Of a stretch of DNA of 64,000 nucleotides, positions 1 to 15,734 are shown in pieces (positions within the stretch are counted from its first letter, which is position 1; every line of letters starts with the position of its first letter). A model generated the notes under the pieces. It was not told the DNA's origin. It did no database searches and was given only the letters and a program-made list of their open reading frames with translations. Position numbers and translations under genes: made by a program. This DNA comes from Eledone cirrhosa (taxonomy: Eukaryota). The stretch covers positions 345,960,001-346,024,000 of the forward strand of contig OZ024740.1 of NCBI GenBank assembly GCA_964016885.1, given 5' to 3'.

Positions 1-376
<376 letters not shown>

Positions 377-1214
377 GGCCTATGTGTGTGTTTGTCTGTG
401 CGTGTCACTGTTTATAGATTGTATGTAAAATCCTTCTTTACATGTACCTTTACAAACGTACTCTCACAAGGGTATAACTATGTTTGATCATAAAAACAAT
501 TTTAATCTGCTGGACGTAGAAACTTTGAAACTTTCCCATTTTACCAAATATTATTACACTAAATTATACTTTGTTATTCAGTGAGAGGTGGCCTGAGAAA
601 TTTGTATTCCGAATATATATATATTTTAAATTATATATATTAAGACAGTTGAGTAAAAACACATGATATTTATTTTTAACCTATGCCTGACGAATATAAA
701 TAATTGTTAATGGCTATGAATATATCATAGAGTGAAGTCTTTTGCAAGACGATTCAACAGAAATGTGCTTGTGCTGCAGAATTGAAAAGCCAAATAATAG
801 GCGTAGAGCAACGCACAGCCATGATTATTTAAATGTTGATTCAAAAGATCGGCGCAAGAGAGTATTTCAACACGCAACTGAAGATACTTTGAAAATAACA
901 AAAACGGAGGAAAACAGCAAACAAACAATTACCGTATAGAGTACGTAAATAACATATTGAATGTTATGGAGCATTATTAAAGAGTTATTAGATATTTGAA
1001 TATTGAATCTTTTAGGAGTTTCACATAATACGTCTCATCTGAAGTGATATTATTTCTGACTGTAATGACACAAACGACAGGAAAACATAGATAGTTTCAA
1101 GAGCTGCTGCATTCATATACGAGAATAAATAGGCATGTTAAAATATCAACACGCATCATAGATATTTGGACACGAGAGAGATAGTGGTGAATGACTGATT
1201 AAATACTTAAACTA

Positions 1215-1349
1215 TGTGTACACATCAAGACACACACGTACACACACATACACAAAGATACATAAGCATACACACATATATATACTATATATAACTATAT
1301 GTATAATATATATATATGTATATATATATATATAAATACATATATATAT

Positions 1350-1389
<40 letters not shown>

Positions 1390-1410
1390 CGCATATACAT
1401 TATATATATG

Positions 1411-1442
<32 letters not shown>

Positions 1443-1466
1443 CGCATATACATTATATACATGTAT

Positions 1467-1511
<45 letters not shown>

Positions 1512-1590
1512 TTATTTATATATATATATATTATTTATATATATATATATGTATATATATATATACTATATATATATATCTTTTTTTATA
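1215..1590. repeat. compound (CA)n/(TA)n microsatellite
   Basis: Visible; explains the YIYI ORFs. Confidence 0.95.
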
Positions 1591-1877
1591 GATTAAGAGT
1601 GTTGCTGTAAAAGTAGTAATACAGATAGATTGCTAGATGTCAAAATAGACACATACGTGGACAGGCATATAGCTAGTTATTCATATGTACATACGTACAC
1701 ATAATGATGGGTGTACACATTCTTAACCACCCATTAATACATGATAAGCACATAACCATACAGAGTGTCATAGATATCTATGTAGGAAGGAATTGCTGGG
1801 CAAATAGTTAGACTGAAAGATAGTGAACTGATTTCATTTATATTGATAGGTGTATAGCTTTATACGGATATTTAAAA

Positions 1878-1913
1878 TACATACAAACACACAGACACAC
1901 ACACACAGACACA

Positions 1914-1963
<50 letters not shown>

Positions 1964-1964
1964 C

Positions 1965-2031
<67 letters not shown>

Positions 2032-2057
2032 CACATACCTATATATATGTTTGTATG

Positions 2058-2096
<39 letters not shown>

Positions 2097-2240
2097 GCGC
2101 ACACACCCAAACACACGGGCAAAGAAACATTTATACATATATATATATATGTTTCTGTATATATATATATATCAAGAGGGAGAGGGAGAGAGTGACGGAG
2201 AGAGAACTAGAAAGAGTGATAATACACAGACACAGAGAGA
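1878..2240. repeat. (CA)n/(TA)n/(GA)n compound microsatellite
   Basis: Visible; source of the HTHT/VCVC ORFs. Confidence 0.95.
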
Positions 2241-2983
2241 GAGAAGGGGCAAAGATTGAAACATATATATGCTGATAAATAAAGGTCTTTGGGTTAAATG
2301 TTAAATATTTCTCGTGTAGAATAATGGAGGCATGATGGATGATGTTTCTACGAAAACTAATCTTGCGTCCAAATCCAGCAGAAATATGATATATTTCTTC
2401 ACTATGTGATAGGCAACAGACCAATTTTCGTGAAACATCGAACATGCGTAAATCTCTTTATGGCATAACAATTTGGCATTAGGAGTAAGAATGAAAAGGG
2501 CAAACGGAGGAGAAAAAATAAAGGAAGAAAAATTATAATAATTGATAAAAATCCCCTGAATAATAATTTTGTTACAGTTTTACTTCTATTTTCATATGTT
2601 ATTTACATCATGTATGGCAACACTAAAGAATGGTATATTTTATTAGGGAAGTTGACGATTAATTGAATATTGCGATATACAGTTTGGAAATGGAGGCATT
2701 TGTTTACCTATGTATATGTCTATATTCGTAACATATTTGTTTCTTTTATCCAAATCTATAATTATGTAGTTCTGTTGGAGCGGGTTTCCAATTTGATATA
2801 AAACAAAAGAAAACGATATTTAGATATGACAACAGAACAGCTCCATCATGTTCAGATTAGAGATTTAGATAAAACAAAGAAAAAGTAAATGGTATTTGCT
2901 TTTAGACCTGTGATTTTATGGACATATTTCTAAGAAAAATGAATATGCTGTATAGAAAATATGATACAGATAAAACAATATAA

Positions 2984-3080
<97 letters not shown>

Positions 3081-3354
3081 GCTATAAAAAAAAAGCCTAA
3101 AATAACATTTTTATAAATATATCTTTATATATTTCTGAATAGTTATTCCAAATACGAAGAATAATTTGTTGTTCATCGAGATGTAGCTGATGGATTAATA
3201 TTATTTGTTTTATCAGGCACGCTTAAAATCAAATTTCTTTTTCGCATCTTATGGGATTGTTTTGGCACCCTTTTCAAACAAGATCTTTCATAGATTTGAG
3301 GACATAAATAGGAAAATATAACAAAACAAACTTACAAATACACAAATTCAAATT

Positions 3355-3356
<2 letters not shown>

Positions 3357-3439
<83 letters not shown>

Positions 3440-3459
3440 GGGGGGGGAGAAAGGGAGAT

Positions 3460-3534
<75 letters not shown>

Positions 3535-3551
3535 GAAAGAGAGAGAGAGAT
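3357..3551. repeat. (GA)n microsatellite
   Basis: Visible. Confidence 0.97.
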
Positions 3552-3819
3552 AAATACATATACAGATTCAAATTCAAGCAAATCCAGAATGATACAAAAA
3601 AATATACGCACGCACACAATCATGCAGAATTTGTAAGGATCATTCTCACTGGCCCCTGAACTTAATACCACACATTAAATATGTTTCCACAATTTACAGT
3701 ATAAAACAGCAGAGTAAGTGCCTTGAATTAATAGTAATTGAAAATAAACAAACTTAATCTGCTATATGTTGCAGAAAATTGGTTCTGTTTATTATTCAAT
3801 GACAATGTATGTATCAATG

Positions 3820-3900
<81 letters not shown>

Positions 3901-3984
3901 GATGCAGAAGAAAGCTCAGTCAGAGAAAATATCTGCAGTTACATTCACTTGCAATGAAATAGCATATAAAAACCGTGTAAATCC

Positions 3985-4545
3985 TTATAGACGGAAAAAA
4001 TGTTGCCAGCGGCCGTTAAGAAGAATCGAACTCCGTATCTGCCAGATACCTGCAAGTTGTTCTAATATTTTAGTTAAGAGAATCCTGACAACATCTCACC
4101 GGATAAATAGAAGTTGTTTGAAACAACTTTTGAAAATATAGGCAAATATTGTCAGAAAAAGAATATACAAGATGTAGGAAGCAACGGCGAAGAAAATAAC
4201 TGCAATTATAGTCGGTTGCTGTAAAATAGCATACAAAAGCTGGTGCCAGCGCGCCGCTACGAATAATTGAAGTCTGTATCTTCCAGATACTTGCTAGGTA
4301 CACTAATCATTGATTTAATTTCGGCGCCTGGGCTTCCTACTTACAAATAAATTTCCACATCAAAATTTGTGCTTGACACACGATTTTCGTTTATATTTTG
4401 AAACGCTGTGTGATTTCGATCCTTATTTAAGAAATAAGATGTTATATGTTCCGTAACTCAGTTGTTGGAAGACCTATCCAGTATCTGGTAAATTCGGAGT
4501 TCGGTTTTCGTAAAGGCCGTTGGCAATATCCTTTTTTTCAGTTAC
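3985..4545. mobile_element. degenerate MITE-like inverted-repeat element
   Basis: 3990-4057 (ggaaaaaatgttgccagcggccgttaagaagaatcgaactccgtatctgccagatac) is an imperfect reverse complement of about 4478-4540. A direct sub-copy lies at about 4240-4295. Confidence 0.5.
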
Positions 4546-4574
4546 TTATGTTCTTTATCCAATTTTTATAAGCT

Positions 4575-5066
4575 ACTAGCAGTGGTAGATGTTGCACGGG
4601 ATAAGGTATTTTGGAACGAGGCCGCCAACAGACCTAATCGTGGAAAACTGCATGCCTGGACAATATGTAAAGGATATAAACCCAATACTCTGATGGCTGG
4701 ATAATCTTTAAGATTTTCCTCGATGAAGCAGGAAAAATGCGGGTTTTCACCTAATGCGGGCCTTAGTCCATAAAAAGCTGGATTTTCTTTGCTCACGGCA
4801 TGGAAAGGAGACTGCCTAATAGATAGTTACAATTTCAAGAAAATCGGTCTGACGTAACGCCTCAAAAAACCCATATAAAGCTGAAAAAACGCAGTTTTTC
4901 ACCTAATGTGAGCCCTAAGGGATGAAAAAGTTGAAATTGTTATGTGCATAACACTCCGTGAAACATAGGTAATACACATGTAAAGTTTGAAAAAAATCGG
5001 TTGGGTACTTCTCGAGTTTTAGGGATTCAAACTCACAGACAGACATCCTCAGTTTTATATATATAG
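4575..5066 (-). mobile_element. non-autonomous Helitron-like element
   Basis: Minus strand starts ctatatatataaaactgaggatgtctgtctgt...ccgattttttcaaacttt and ends ccgtgcaac...gCTAG|T, matching the usual termini of invertebrate non-autonomous Helitrons. The 3' hairpin is degraded. Confidence 0.65.
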
Positions 5067-5294
5067 CTGTTATAGCAGCTGATTATAATTGCACTTATTT
5101 TCTTCAGCTGAGCTTTCTGTATCTTCTTATAAATGTGTTTCCTCGGCGCTTAGTCAGTTCGAAAATTCGAGCTTCATATATGACTTTTGTTTATATAAAC
5201 GGTGTATGTAATATTGAAAATTAATCTAACTTTGTAAGTATATACGTATGTATGCATACTTATAAATTTATTCATGTAAGTGTATGTATGTGCG

Positions 5295-5332
<38 letters not shown>

Positions 5333-5962
5333 AAACAACATAAACTCATGAAATAACAAGTTCCTAATACTTTATTTACCTTCCTTTATTTAGTTACTAT
5401 GCCCCTAAACTCATGAATAAATACGGGTCATTTGTACCATTGTCAATAAAAGAGACAATCAAAGATTTCAGAATGTATAATTATTTAATATTTAAAGATC
5501 AACGTGTATGTAATCAATTCGTTTATTTGAGTTATAATGTTGGTGATATGAACCTACATATTTTCCGTAAATTACATAATCGATGACTGGACATGAGGTT
5601 TTATGTTTGCATCGTCCGAATTTCCAGAGTAAGACTTATCCGCGTCGCTATCACACAGATTGGAGAGCCACTAACTTACAGGAGCGTAGACCCTCAATAA
5701 AACCAAATAGTATATAATAGATAAAAATAAATAAAAACAAATAAAACTACACATATATAAATATATTTATATATGTATATATCATTTAATCTTTTTGTAT
5801 ACCTCTTAGTTCTTATGTCTGTGACAGTTCATCTATCGTTTTCGGTCCTTCTCCCTGAGAAATTAAGCAAGCGTCCTCTGCTATCATATCAGATCACATC
5901 AATATTTATGAGTGACGTTTACTAGATGGAAATTCTATGAAAGCTCAATGAGAGTGTCTTAC

Positions 5963-6090
5963 TTATCTTTGTTTGAGTAACATAGTGCATCACCTGCTTC
6001 AGCATGAATTTTGGATGCATTTGGCATAGTCCACTTTTTTGCAAGCATTGAAGCAATATCACCGATATGAGTATGACATTTACTTTCAAT
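5963..6090 (-). other. possible exon (unknown gene)
   Basis: ctgttag acceptor and gtaagac donor around 128 nt of unique sequence open in two frames (IESKCHTHIGDIASMLAKKW... or LKVNVILISVILLQCLQKSGLC...). No homology recognised. Confidence 0.2.
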
Positions 6091-7423
6091 CTAACAGCAG
6101 GCCAAGAACATAGTCATGCGCACTAAATTTCGGTCTCAATCATTCGAAAATGAAACAAAAGAACGTACATTAGTTATTGTCTAAAATATATTATTCCGTA
6201 ATGAATTGCTTGGTTATCATACTTGTATATCGTTTTGAATAATTGAATTTGTTTATACACGAGAGTCAGAAGGACAAACTAGCTGATCGCGAAAATGATG
6301 GCTCCGTTATGTGTACCATGATTTAATAAATACCTTAAGAGTTACAAACATTATGTAGGGCATTCCAGCCTTGAACATCTCAGAAGTTGGTTTTATATGA
6401 AGTTTGGCTGCTATTTCTTGTAGACCGAACGACTACATAGAGTCTCTATCGATTTATCGAATCATAAGTAATGCTTTTATAATAATCATTTAATATCCAT
6501 GCATGCGTTTGTTGTTGTTTTACAGGGATGGGTGCTGTTCAAACAGACATAGCATTGCTTTTTCAGTAATGACCAATCCACCGAATACTACCTTATGCAT
6601 AGTATCAAACATTTTTGTGAGAAGATAAGTTTGTGCTCCAACTAAGATATAAGAGCTAATTACTGCTGATCGCGTGGACAGGGAGATTTTTCCTTATCGA
6701 TTTTCACTTCAATGCTTTGCTTTAATATATATAATTTTATATGAATTTATCTTGCTAAAATCTATCTTTAGATATGCTGAATACCTTACCAAGCCGAGTG
6801 AAAGCTGAGACGGAAAATAGTTTAATAGATATTGTATGAAGCCGACACAAAATCACGTAATTATCATTTCCTTCCTTATTTTAACATCATCATGTGGCGT
6901 TTAGGATATTTATTAATCATTTGCAGGCCTTCTTAGTTGATCTTCGGTAGAACGCTTCTACAGACTGCCAATAACAACAGACGTTCTGAGAAATATTAGG
7001 GGCAATGTTGGTGTCCTGCGAATAAGCCATTGCAAAAGAAATTAGAGAAAATATATTGAATGAAAGCCATTGTAGTATTATACTACGTCGTAGCAAAAAA
7101 CGATTTAAGATTACAAAGGTTTAAAGCATGGTTTAGAAATTCAATAGTTGAATCGATCTAAGAGACTCGGTTTTGAACGTGCAATGCAGAGACATTTACC
7201 TGCCAGATTGCTGAACAATGTGAACTACGTATTCCAGTAATCATATTGATTATTGAATGTGAGCTATTGTTACCTTTCAAAACTGCCATTGAAATATCCT
7301 TAAAAGTGAAATTTGTTTTAAATTCATTAAAAATTGCAGGGTTAAAATTTTTATTTTCATCACCTACAGGTTTAAAAACGTGGCAGTTCGAAGCAATGTT
7401 ATAATGTATTTCAAAGCAATGAG

Positions 7424-8593
<1,170 letters not shown>

Positions 8594-8606
8594 ATATATA
8601 TATATA

Positions 8607-8642
<36 letters not shown>

Positions 8643-8694
8643 AATTAAATGAATCAGGACCACGACGGCGTATATACACACACACACACACATA

Positions 8695-8779
<85 letters not shown>

Positions 8780-9050
8780 CGTTGCACTTCGCTTTTCCTG
8801 CTCGCCGAAAATGCGATTCTCGCTGAATCTTTATTTGTATATATATATATATATACATATACATATACATATACATATATATATTAAAATAACAGATTAA
8901 AGTTTAAGCAGTGAATCGCTGCTTTCACCCTTAATGGTTCATATATATTTGATATATATTTCTCCTTATCGAGCCCTGTTTGGATGATAGTCTTCAAATT
9001 TATTATTATTACTATATATATATATACATATATATATATATACACACACT

Positions 9051-9104
<54 letters not shown>

Positions 9105-9265
9105 CGTATATAAATGACAAAATAGATCTATAAACAAAAAAAAACCTATATTGACATACTTTCACATAAAAAGAAATATATTTAAAAGCAAACATGCACA
9201 CGTCATATGTTTGTGTGTATATATATATATATATGTATGTGTGTATGTATGTGTGTGTGTGTGTG

Positions 9266-9330
<65 letters not shown>

Positions 9331-9488
9331 GATAAAATATATAAATATATATTATATATATAACATAAATAAATATATATTATATATATAAATAACATAT
9401 ATACATATATTTAGATACAAGTCTATATGCATGCAAGTATACATGAGTTCACATATACAGGTATATGGAATCATGTTTTACCCTGCAG

Positions 9489-9596
9489 CTAGCTTCTATT
9501 CTTGGAAAGTTTTCTGGAAAGCTATTCAGCATGAGGTATCCGGAAATTTAAGTGGGATATTCGTGAAAATCAAAAAGACTTTCTGTGTCAGAATGT
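9489..9596 (+). other. possible 108-nt symmetric exon
   Basis: ttttaccctgcag acceptor and gtaagt donor; open frame SFYSWKVFWKAIQHEVSGNLSGIFVKIKKTFCVRM. No homology recognised. Confidence 0.25.
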
Positions 9597-9825
9597 GTAA
9601 GTTTCCGCAAGGAACTACAAAACAATCCCTCATTCTCCATAACGTAAATGAACACAGGATATTCATCAATTCTCGTGATCTCTCCTAGAATCCTGCAGTG
9701 ATATCGACATGTGCGAAACAACTCCATGTTGTTACTTCGATTGGTGTCAAACGCTATATACATGCACACACAGGCACGCAAACATACAAACACATATATG
9801 TTCAAGTCTAAACATTCACACACAG

Positions 9826-9860
<35 letters not shown>

Positions 9861-9994
9861 GTAATAATAGATCATTATTTATAATTGTTTGTCTTTAGGC
9901 CTGTCTCTGACTAAACAATTTTCACTTTATGTCTATAGGACATCGATATATATGAAATATAAAAAGGGAGCATAAAGTCTTTCTTTATCTAATC

Positions 9995-10009
9995 TATATG
10001 TATACATAA

Positions 10010-10075
<66 letters not shown>

Positions 10076-10078
10076 ATA

Positions 10079-10152
<74 letters not shown>

Positions 10153-10156
10153 TATA

Positions 10157-10196
<40 letters not shown>

Positions 10197-10260
10197 CATA
10201 TACATATATATATATATATATATATGAGTGTATGTGCGTGCGTGTGTACGTGCATACTCG
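9995..10260. repeat. (TA)n microsatellite
   Basis: Visible. Confidence 0.95.
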
Positions 10261-11400
10261 AACATGCATAGGCATATATTTATATATGAAAATTATCAAA
10301 GGCTTAAAGGTGTTATAAGGCGTGACATTTTATTTTAAGTGTGAGGGTACCAGTCACTCTTCGATATACCAATACGTGTCTTCAGGATCAAATGTCCTTT
10401 GAAACATCCCATTAAATTTACCTAAGGCTGTAGGACATATATCTACATCTATAATTAAGGCGGGGGGGGGGGGCTCCCACCCCGGAACAAAATTGAAATA
10501 TAACCACAATATAATTAAAACTTCACAAAAATGTGTGTTTATATGATATTTTAAATGAACAATAATCAAACATAACAAACACAACAATTTCTGCTTGTTT
10601 GTATGTATCTACGTATGAACTATGTTTTTTATATAAGCATATATGTCTATCAATCTCTCTCTTTAAATATATACACACACACACACACATACACACACAT
10701 ATATATATATGTGAGAGAGAGAGAGAGAGAGAGAGTGCGTAAATATGTATCTGTTTCTCTACGTGTGGTTGTGTGTTTGTGTCTCAGATTTCTTCTAAAT
10801 AATCGATTTTTTTTAATGTTTAACTTTCGATAAGCACACGAGTATTTTTCTTACGTGTAAACATGTCATGAAAATTGTTTTCTTTAATCTTATAGATGGA
10901 ATTTTAATTCATTCATGAAAAAGTTGATGTGTCTGTTTGAGATTTTATTTAACTGTTTTTCTCTACTTTTCTCTGTGATATAAATGTAAATACATAAGCC
11001 TACATACACAGTTAGAATCACGCATATACACACACGCACACTGGCACCTACACATGAATATATATATATATAGGCTTATCTTTATATATGTGTGTGTAGT
11101 GTGTGTGTGTGTATGTGAGTGTGTGTGTGTGTGAGAGAGAGTGTGTGTGAGTGAGTATGTATGAATTTGTGCGTATGGGTTTCGGTATGCGATTGCGTGT
11201 ATGGCGTTGAGTTAATACATCAGAGAATTTTAATACTGTATACACAGAGAATATATTCACTCGGAAAGGTGTACATATTTCTTGGTATATACGAAAAAAT
11301 GCTAAAATATATATTAACAAGGATTACAAATGCATAATTTAACTCACATTCTCTAGCGTTCATCTCTGTCCTCTGCCCAAACCCAGACATGCCAATGTTG

Positions 11401-11498
<98 letters not shown>

Positions 11499-11685
11499 CA
11501 TACATACATACACACCACACCCTCCCTTCCCCCCACACACCCAAGCCCCACCACTTGTGGTCACCATACCCCCTGACCTCACCCTCTCCGCACCTGAGCG
11601 CTCACTCCTTAGTAGAGGCCTTCGCTTCATACCCCACACTCCGTAAAGCGACGAGTTCCGCACCCGAACGGAAGTCGAGCGATTC

Positions 11686-12975
11686 GTGCGACGCACGAAG
11701 CTACAGGCACATTTCGGCCGAACGCCACCGGCTCCGGACGCCCCAGACCCGTTTATCGCCCTGGGCCGACGACCATATTCTTGGACGCTGGCCCCAGGGC
11801 AATTTAGCACCCTGGACGCGTTCGTCGATGCCAGCCGTAGCGCCGTAAATCGTTTCGACGTCCGACATCGTTCCAAACGGAATAATATCTCACGGGGCGA
11901 ACTCCTCGCTCTCCGCTCCCTCCGTAGCCGAGATGACATCGTCATCAAACCAGCGGACAAGGGAGGCGCCGTGTTGGTGTGGCGCGCGGACCTCTACACG
12001 GCCGAAGCCCTCAGGCAGCTCTGTAACCCCCTCTTCTACCGCCCTCTACCCTCTGATCCCACACCCCTCTACCAACAACAAGTTTCCTCCACCATCCAAC
12101 ACCTTGTCTCCTCCCCCCCCACCGCTTCCCACCTCATTGTCCGCACCCCCCACACCCCCACCATCTACTTCCTCCCCAAACTCCACAAACCCGACAAACC
12201 CGGCCGCCCGATCGTCTCCGCCTTTCTCGACTCCATCCTCGCCCCCCTTGTCACCACCCTCCCCTCCCACATCTCCGACACCAACTACGCCCTGCGCCTT
12301 TTCGACTCCTTCACCTACCCACCCGGCCCACAGCCCTTCCTCTTCACCCTAGACATCAAGTCTCTCTATACCGTCATCGCCCACGCCGACGGCCTACGCG
12401 CCCTCAAACATTACCTCGACCTTCGCCCCTCCCCCATTCCCTCCACCCCCACCCTCCTTCGCCTCGCCGAGCTGGTCCTCACCCTCAATTGTTTCTCCTT
12501 CTCGGGTGAGTTTTACCAACAGGTCACGGGGGTAGCCATGGGTACAAGAATGGGCCCGAACTATGCCAACCTTCTTGTTGGCCATGTTGAGGCCCAAATC
12601 TTTGCACAGTACACCGGCCCCACGCCCGAACTGTACGGTCGTTACATCTACGACTGTATCGGAGCCACGACCCTCACCCGAGAACAGCTCGACTCCTTTC
12701 TCTCCTTCTTCTGCTCCTTCCACCCCTCTCTCCACTTCACCACCTCTATCTCCACCACCCACGTCCACTTCTTAGACATCTCCGTCGCCTTCAACCCCTC
12801 CCACCACTCCCTCGTTACCTCCGCCTTCTTCAAACCCACCGACTCCCACTCTTACCTCGACTTCACCTCTTCCCACCCCCACACACTAAACACTCTATTC
12901 CCTACTCCCAACTCCTCAGGATCCGCCGCCTCTGTAGCCGAGATGGTGACTTCGAGTCCCAGGCCCTTTCCCTAG
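11686..12975 (+). pseudogene. PLE reverse transcriptase (decayed)
   Basis: IKPADKGGAV, IYFLPKLHK..PGRPIVS, DIKSLYT, GVAMGTRMGPNYANL, RYIYD (catalytic YIDD mutated), FLDI, KPTDSHSYL. Frameshifts at both ends and small deletions. Confidence 0.92.
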
Positions 12976-13299
12976 TCAGCCATTTCATCCGCAGAGGTTC
13001 CCCCCCGCCTCTCGTCCACACCGCTCTCACCCGCGCCCGTGCTGTCCACCGCTCCACCACCCTCACCCCACGCCACCGCACACGCACCCACCGTCTCCCC
13101 TTCCCCATCACCTACCACCCCTCCACCTTACCCCTCCACCGCACCATCCGCCGCCTCTTCCGACGCCTCCAGTCCGACCCCTCTACCTCCCACATCTTCC
13201 CAACCCCACCACTCCCCTCCTTCAAACGCGCACGCAATCTCCGCACCCTCCTCGTCCACCGCTTCCTACCCCCCAACCCACGCTCTTCCCCCCCCCCCC

Positions 13300-13690
13300 A
13301 GTTCCTTTCCCTGTTCTAGGCCCCGCTGCAACACCTGTCCAACATCACCAACACCACCACCGTCCAGGGTCCCAACGGCCACTCTCTCTCTGTCCGGCAT
13401 GCCTTCCGCTGCACCTCCTTCAACCTAGTCTACGGAGTTACGTCGGACAGACGGGACGTCGTCTGGCGGACCGATTCACTGAGCACCTCCGGGATATTCG
13501 TCTCGGTCGTAGTTCCCCCATCGCCCGCCACTCTGGTGCCCCTGGACATTCCGCACGCCATCTCACAGTCTGTGGCCTACTCCAATGCCACGGAACACCC
13601 GCCAATCTCCTCAGAGTTGAACAAAGAACCATCTTCATCTTACAGACCCACACTCCCCCCGGCCTGAACTCACCACCCTTATTCTTTTAG
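13300..13690 (+). pseudogene. PLE GIY-YIG endonuclease remnant
   Basis: FPCSRPRCNTC linker, FRCTSFNLVY, YVGQTGRRLADRFTEHLRDIR and EQRTIFILQTHTPPGLN across frameshifts. Confidence 0.85.
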
Positions 13691-15212
13691 CCTTCGACCG
13701 CCCCCAACCCCCACACATATCCCCCACTAACACCACTAACACACCCCTCTTTTTCACCGCCCACCCCACAACTAACAATACTAACACCTCCACTCCACCC
13801 CTCATCCGACCACCTTTCTCCAACTAACATACTAACAACCCTCCCTTCTTCTCCTCCCCCTCCTTATCACACGCACACAGCCACCGGCACATATATACAC
13901 GCGCTCACACTAAACACACACCCTACTACCACCACTAACCCTCACCCCCACACATCCATCCCACCACCCCGCAACTAACATCATTAACACCCCCTGACCC
14001 CAAGCACACGAACACGCGCACCCACTTACACCACCCACCCCACACGCAACTAACATCACTAACACCCCCAACCCCACGCACACGTACCCACACACCCTCG
14101 TACACCACCAACTCTACACACCCTACCACCAATAACCCCCACCACACCTGCATTCAACCCTTTCTCCACATCCCGTATACTAACACCCACTAACACACCC
14201 TTCAACAAACTACACACACACCAGTACACCACACTCCCTCCATCGACTCCCACCCCCTTCTCTCCCCGCTCCACCCACACCCTTTCTCCACACCCACTCA
14301 TCCCACTAACACCTCTACTAATACACACACACCCTCCTCACTCCAACTTTCACACCTACCCATCCTCGCCCCTTCACCATTCTACCCGACTGCTGCTATG
14401 CCTTCTGACCACCTCCCAGCACACACAGACACACAGCACTCCTACCGCCTTGACCACTTCCTGTTGCGCGCGCACCCCACATCTCTCCTCTTCCGACAAT
14501 CTCTCCATGGATTACTCGTATGTGGAGCTTGACCGCGGAATCAACTACCATCCTAGGAGTTTACCAACCTTTCAACCACATCTTCTTACGGAATCACCTT
14601 TATAACTCACCCGCACACACACCTCAAAAAACATTTTTTTCCCACACGCCACCTACACCTACAACACGCTTAAACCCCACACACACGTGCTTTCCACCAC
14701 ATATTTACACCTTCAGCCCTCGGATTCCTCTCCCCCCACCCCTCTATCCACACACGCACACACACTCCGACCTACACTCCACCCCACACACACCTCTTCC
14801 TGAACATGCGACCCCGTTCTTCCCCCAACCCTTGCTTTCACATACACACACACACACACACGTACACATACACACACACACCACCTTCAGCCCTCCCCGC
14901 TCGAACACCCCGTCTCCCTCTCCCCACTCCACCCTCCACCACCCCTACACACCGCACACCCTTCCACCACCTGTTTTACCCCATTTTAATTTTATTTTAT
15001 TTTGATCATGCTTTATATTTTTTTTTTCATTCGCACCGTTTCCTCCCACCCCTTTTCGCTATATGTCTCTCCACCACTCCCCTACACACCCTTTGAACTC
15101 TCTTTCCACACACACTTTTCACCTGAAGAAGGGCTTATGCCACTCTCCAGAGCGTGAAATTAATAAACATTCGTTGTACTGCCTCTCTGTTTTGTTCCTG
15201 TTCAAATTTTCC

Positions 15213-15271
<59 letters not shown>

Positions 15272-15294
15272 GTATGTGTATGTGTGTGTATGTG

Positions 15295-15327
<33 letters not shown>

Positions 15328-15734
15328 GTGCGTGTGCGTGTGTGTGTGACTGAGTATGAGCGTGAAGTTATATGCTTATGTGTGCTTTTTCGGATTTCAC
15401 GTACGGAGTTTTCAAATTAAATGCTTTTAAACCCGTATTAAATATATTTTGGCCGATGAAGAAATCAGAATCAACATTTTTGTTTAATATAATAGATGAC
15501 AAAGTTTTTAAAATTTCACCCGAATCAGAATATTACACACAATTACGATAAAGATTGTTTTACGTCAGATAATTTTAAAGAACAATGTGTATGACAATAT
15601 TATTTTTATCTAAAAACAGAAAAATGGCGAAAATAATTTAAGTGTTTTATTTCAGAGCAAGATAATATTTCGAAATTTAGCATTAGCTGACGGTTTAACA
15701 ACGTATAGCTACAATAGTTTTGTCCTTGTTCATT

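Larger units (their letters stand above)
11512..15215 (+). mobile_element. Penelope-like element, Neptune-type, near full length, decayed
   Basis: N-terminal [19 protein letters not shown] motifs, CSRPRCNTC linker and GIY-YIG (NLVY..YVGQTGRRLADRFTEH). Long C/A-rich 3' region and a degenerate hammerhead near 15116-15159; (TA)n on both sides. Confidence 0.92.

Noticed and set aside
742-939. 65-aa ORF resembling a protein C-terminus
   Set aside because: Non-ATG start, upstream in-frame stop, no convincing acceptor in that frame and no recognisable motif.
1212-2275. ORFs rich in YI, HT, VC, ER or SL dipeptides (here and throughout the window)
   Set aside because: They are translations of stop-free microsatellites.
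8940-9005. Minus-strand TTGAAGA...GAAA-tatata-TC in a repeat shared with 44810-44880
   Set aside because: U3-G8 is uncompensated and stem I does not pair.
10345-10390. Minus-strand CTGAAGA...GAAG motif
   Set aside because: Non-canonical core and no consistent stems.
11220-13428. Overlapping antisense and alternate-frame ORFs (246 aa, 139 aa, 129 aa)
   Set aside because: By-products of the C-rich PLE composition.
15116-15159. Hammerhead at the Neptune 3' end
   Set aside because: CTGAAGA and stems are present but GAAA and the NUH site are deleted; counted as a relic only.
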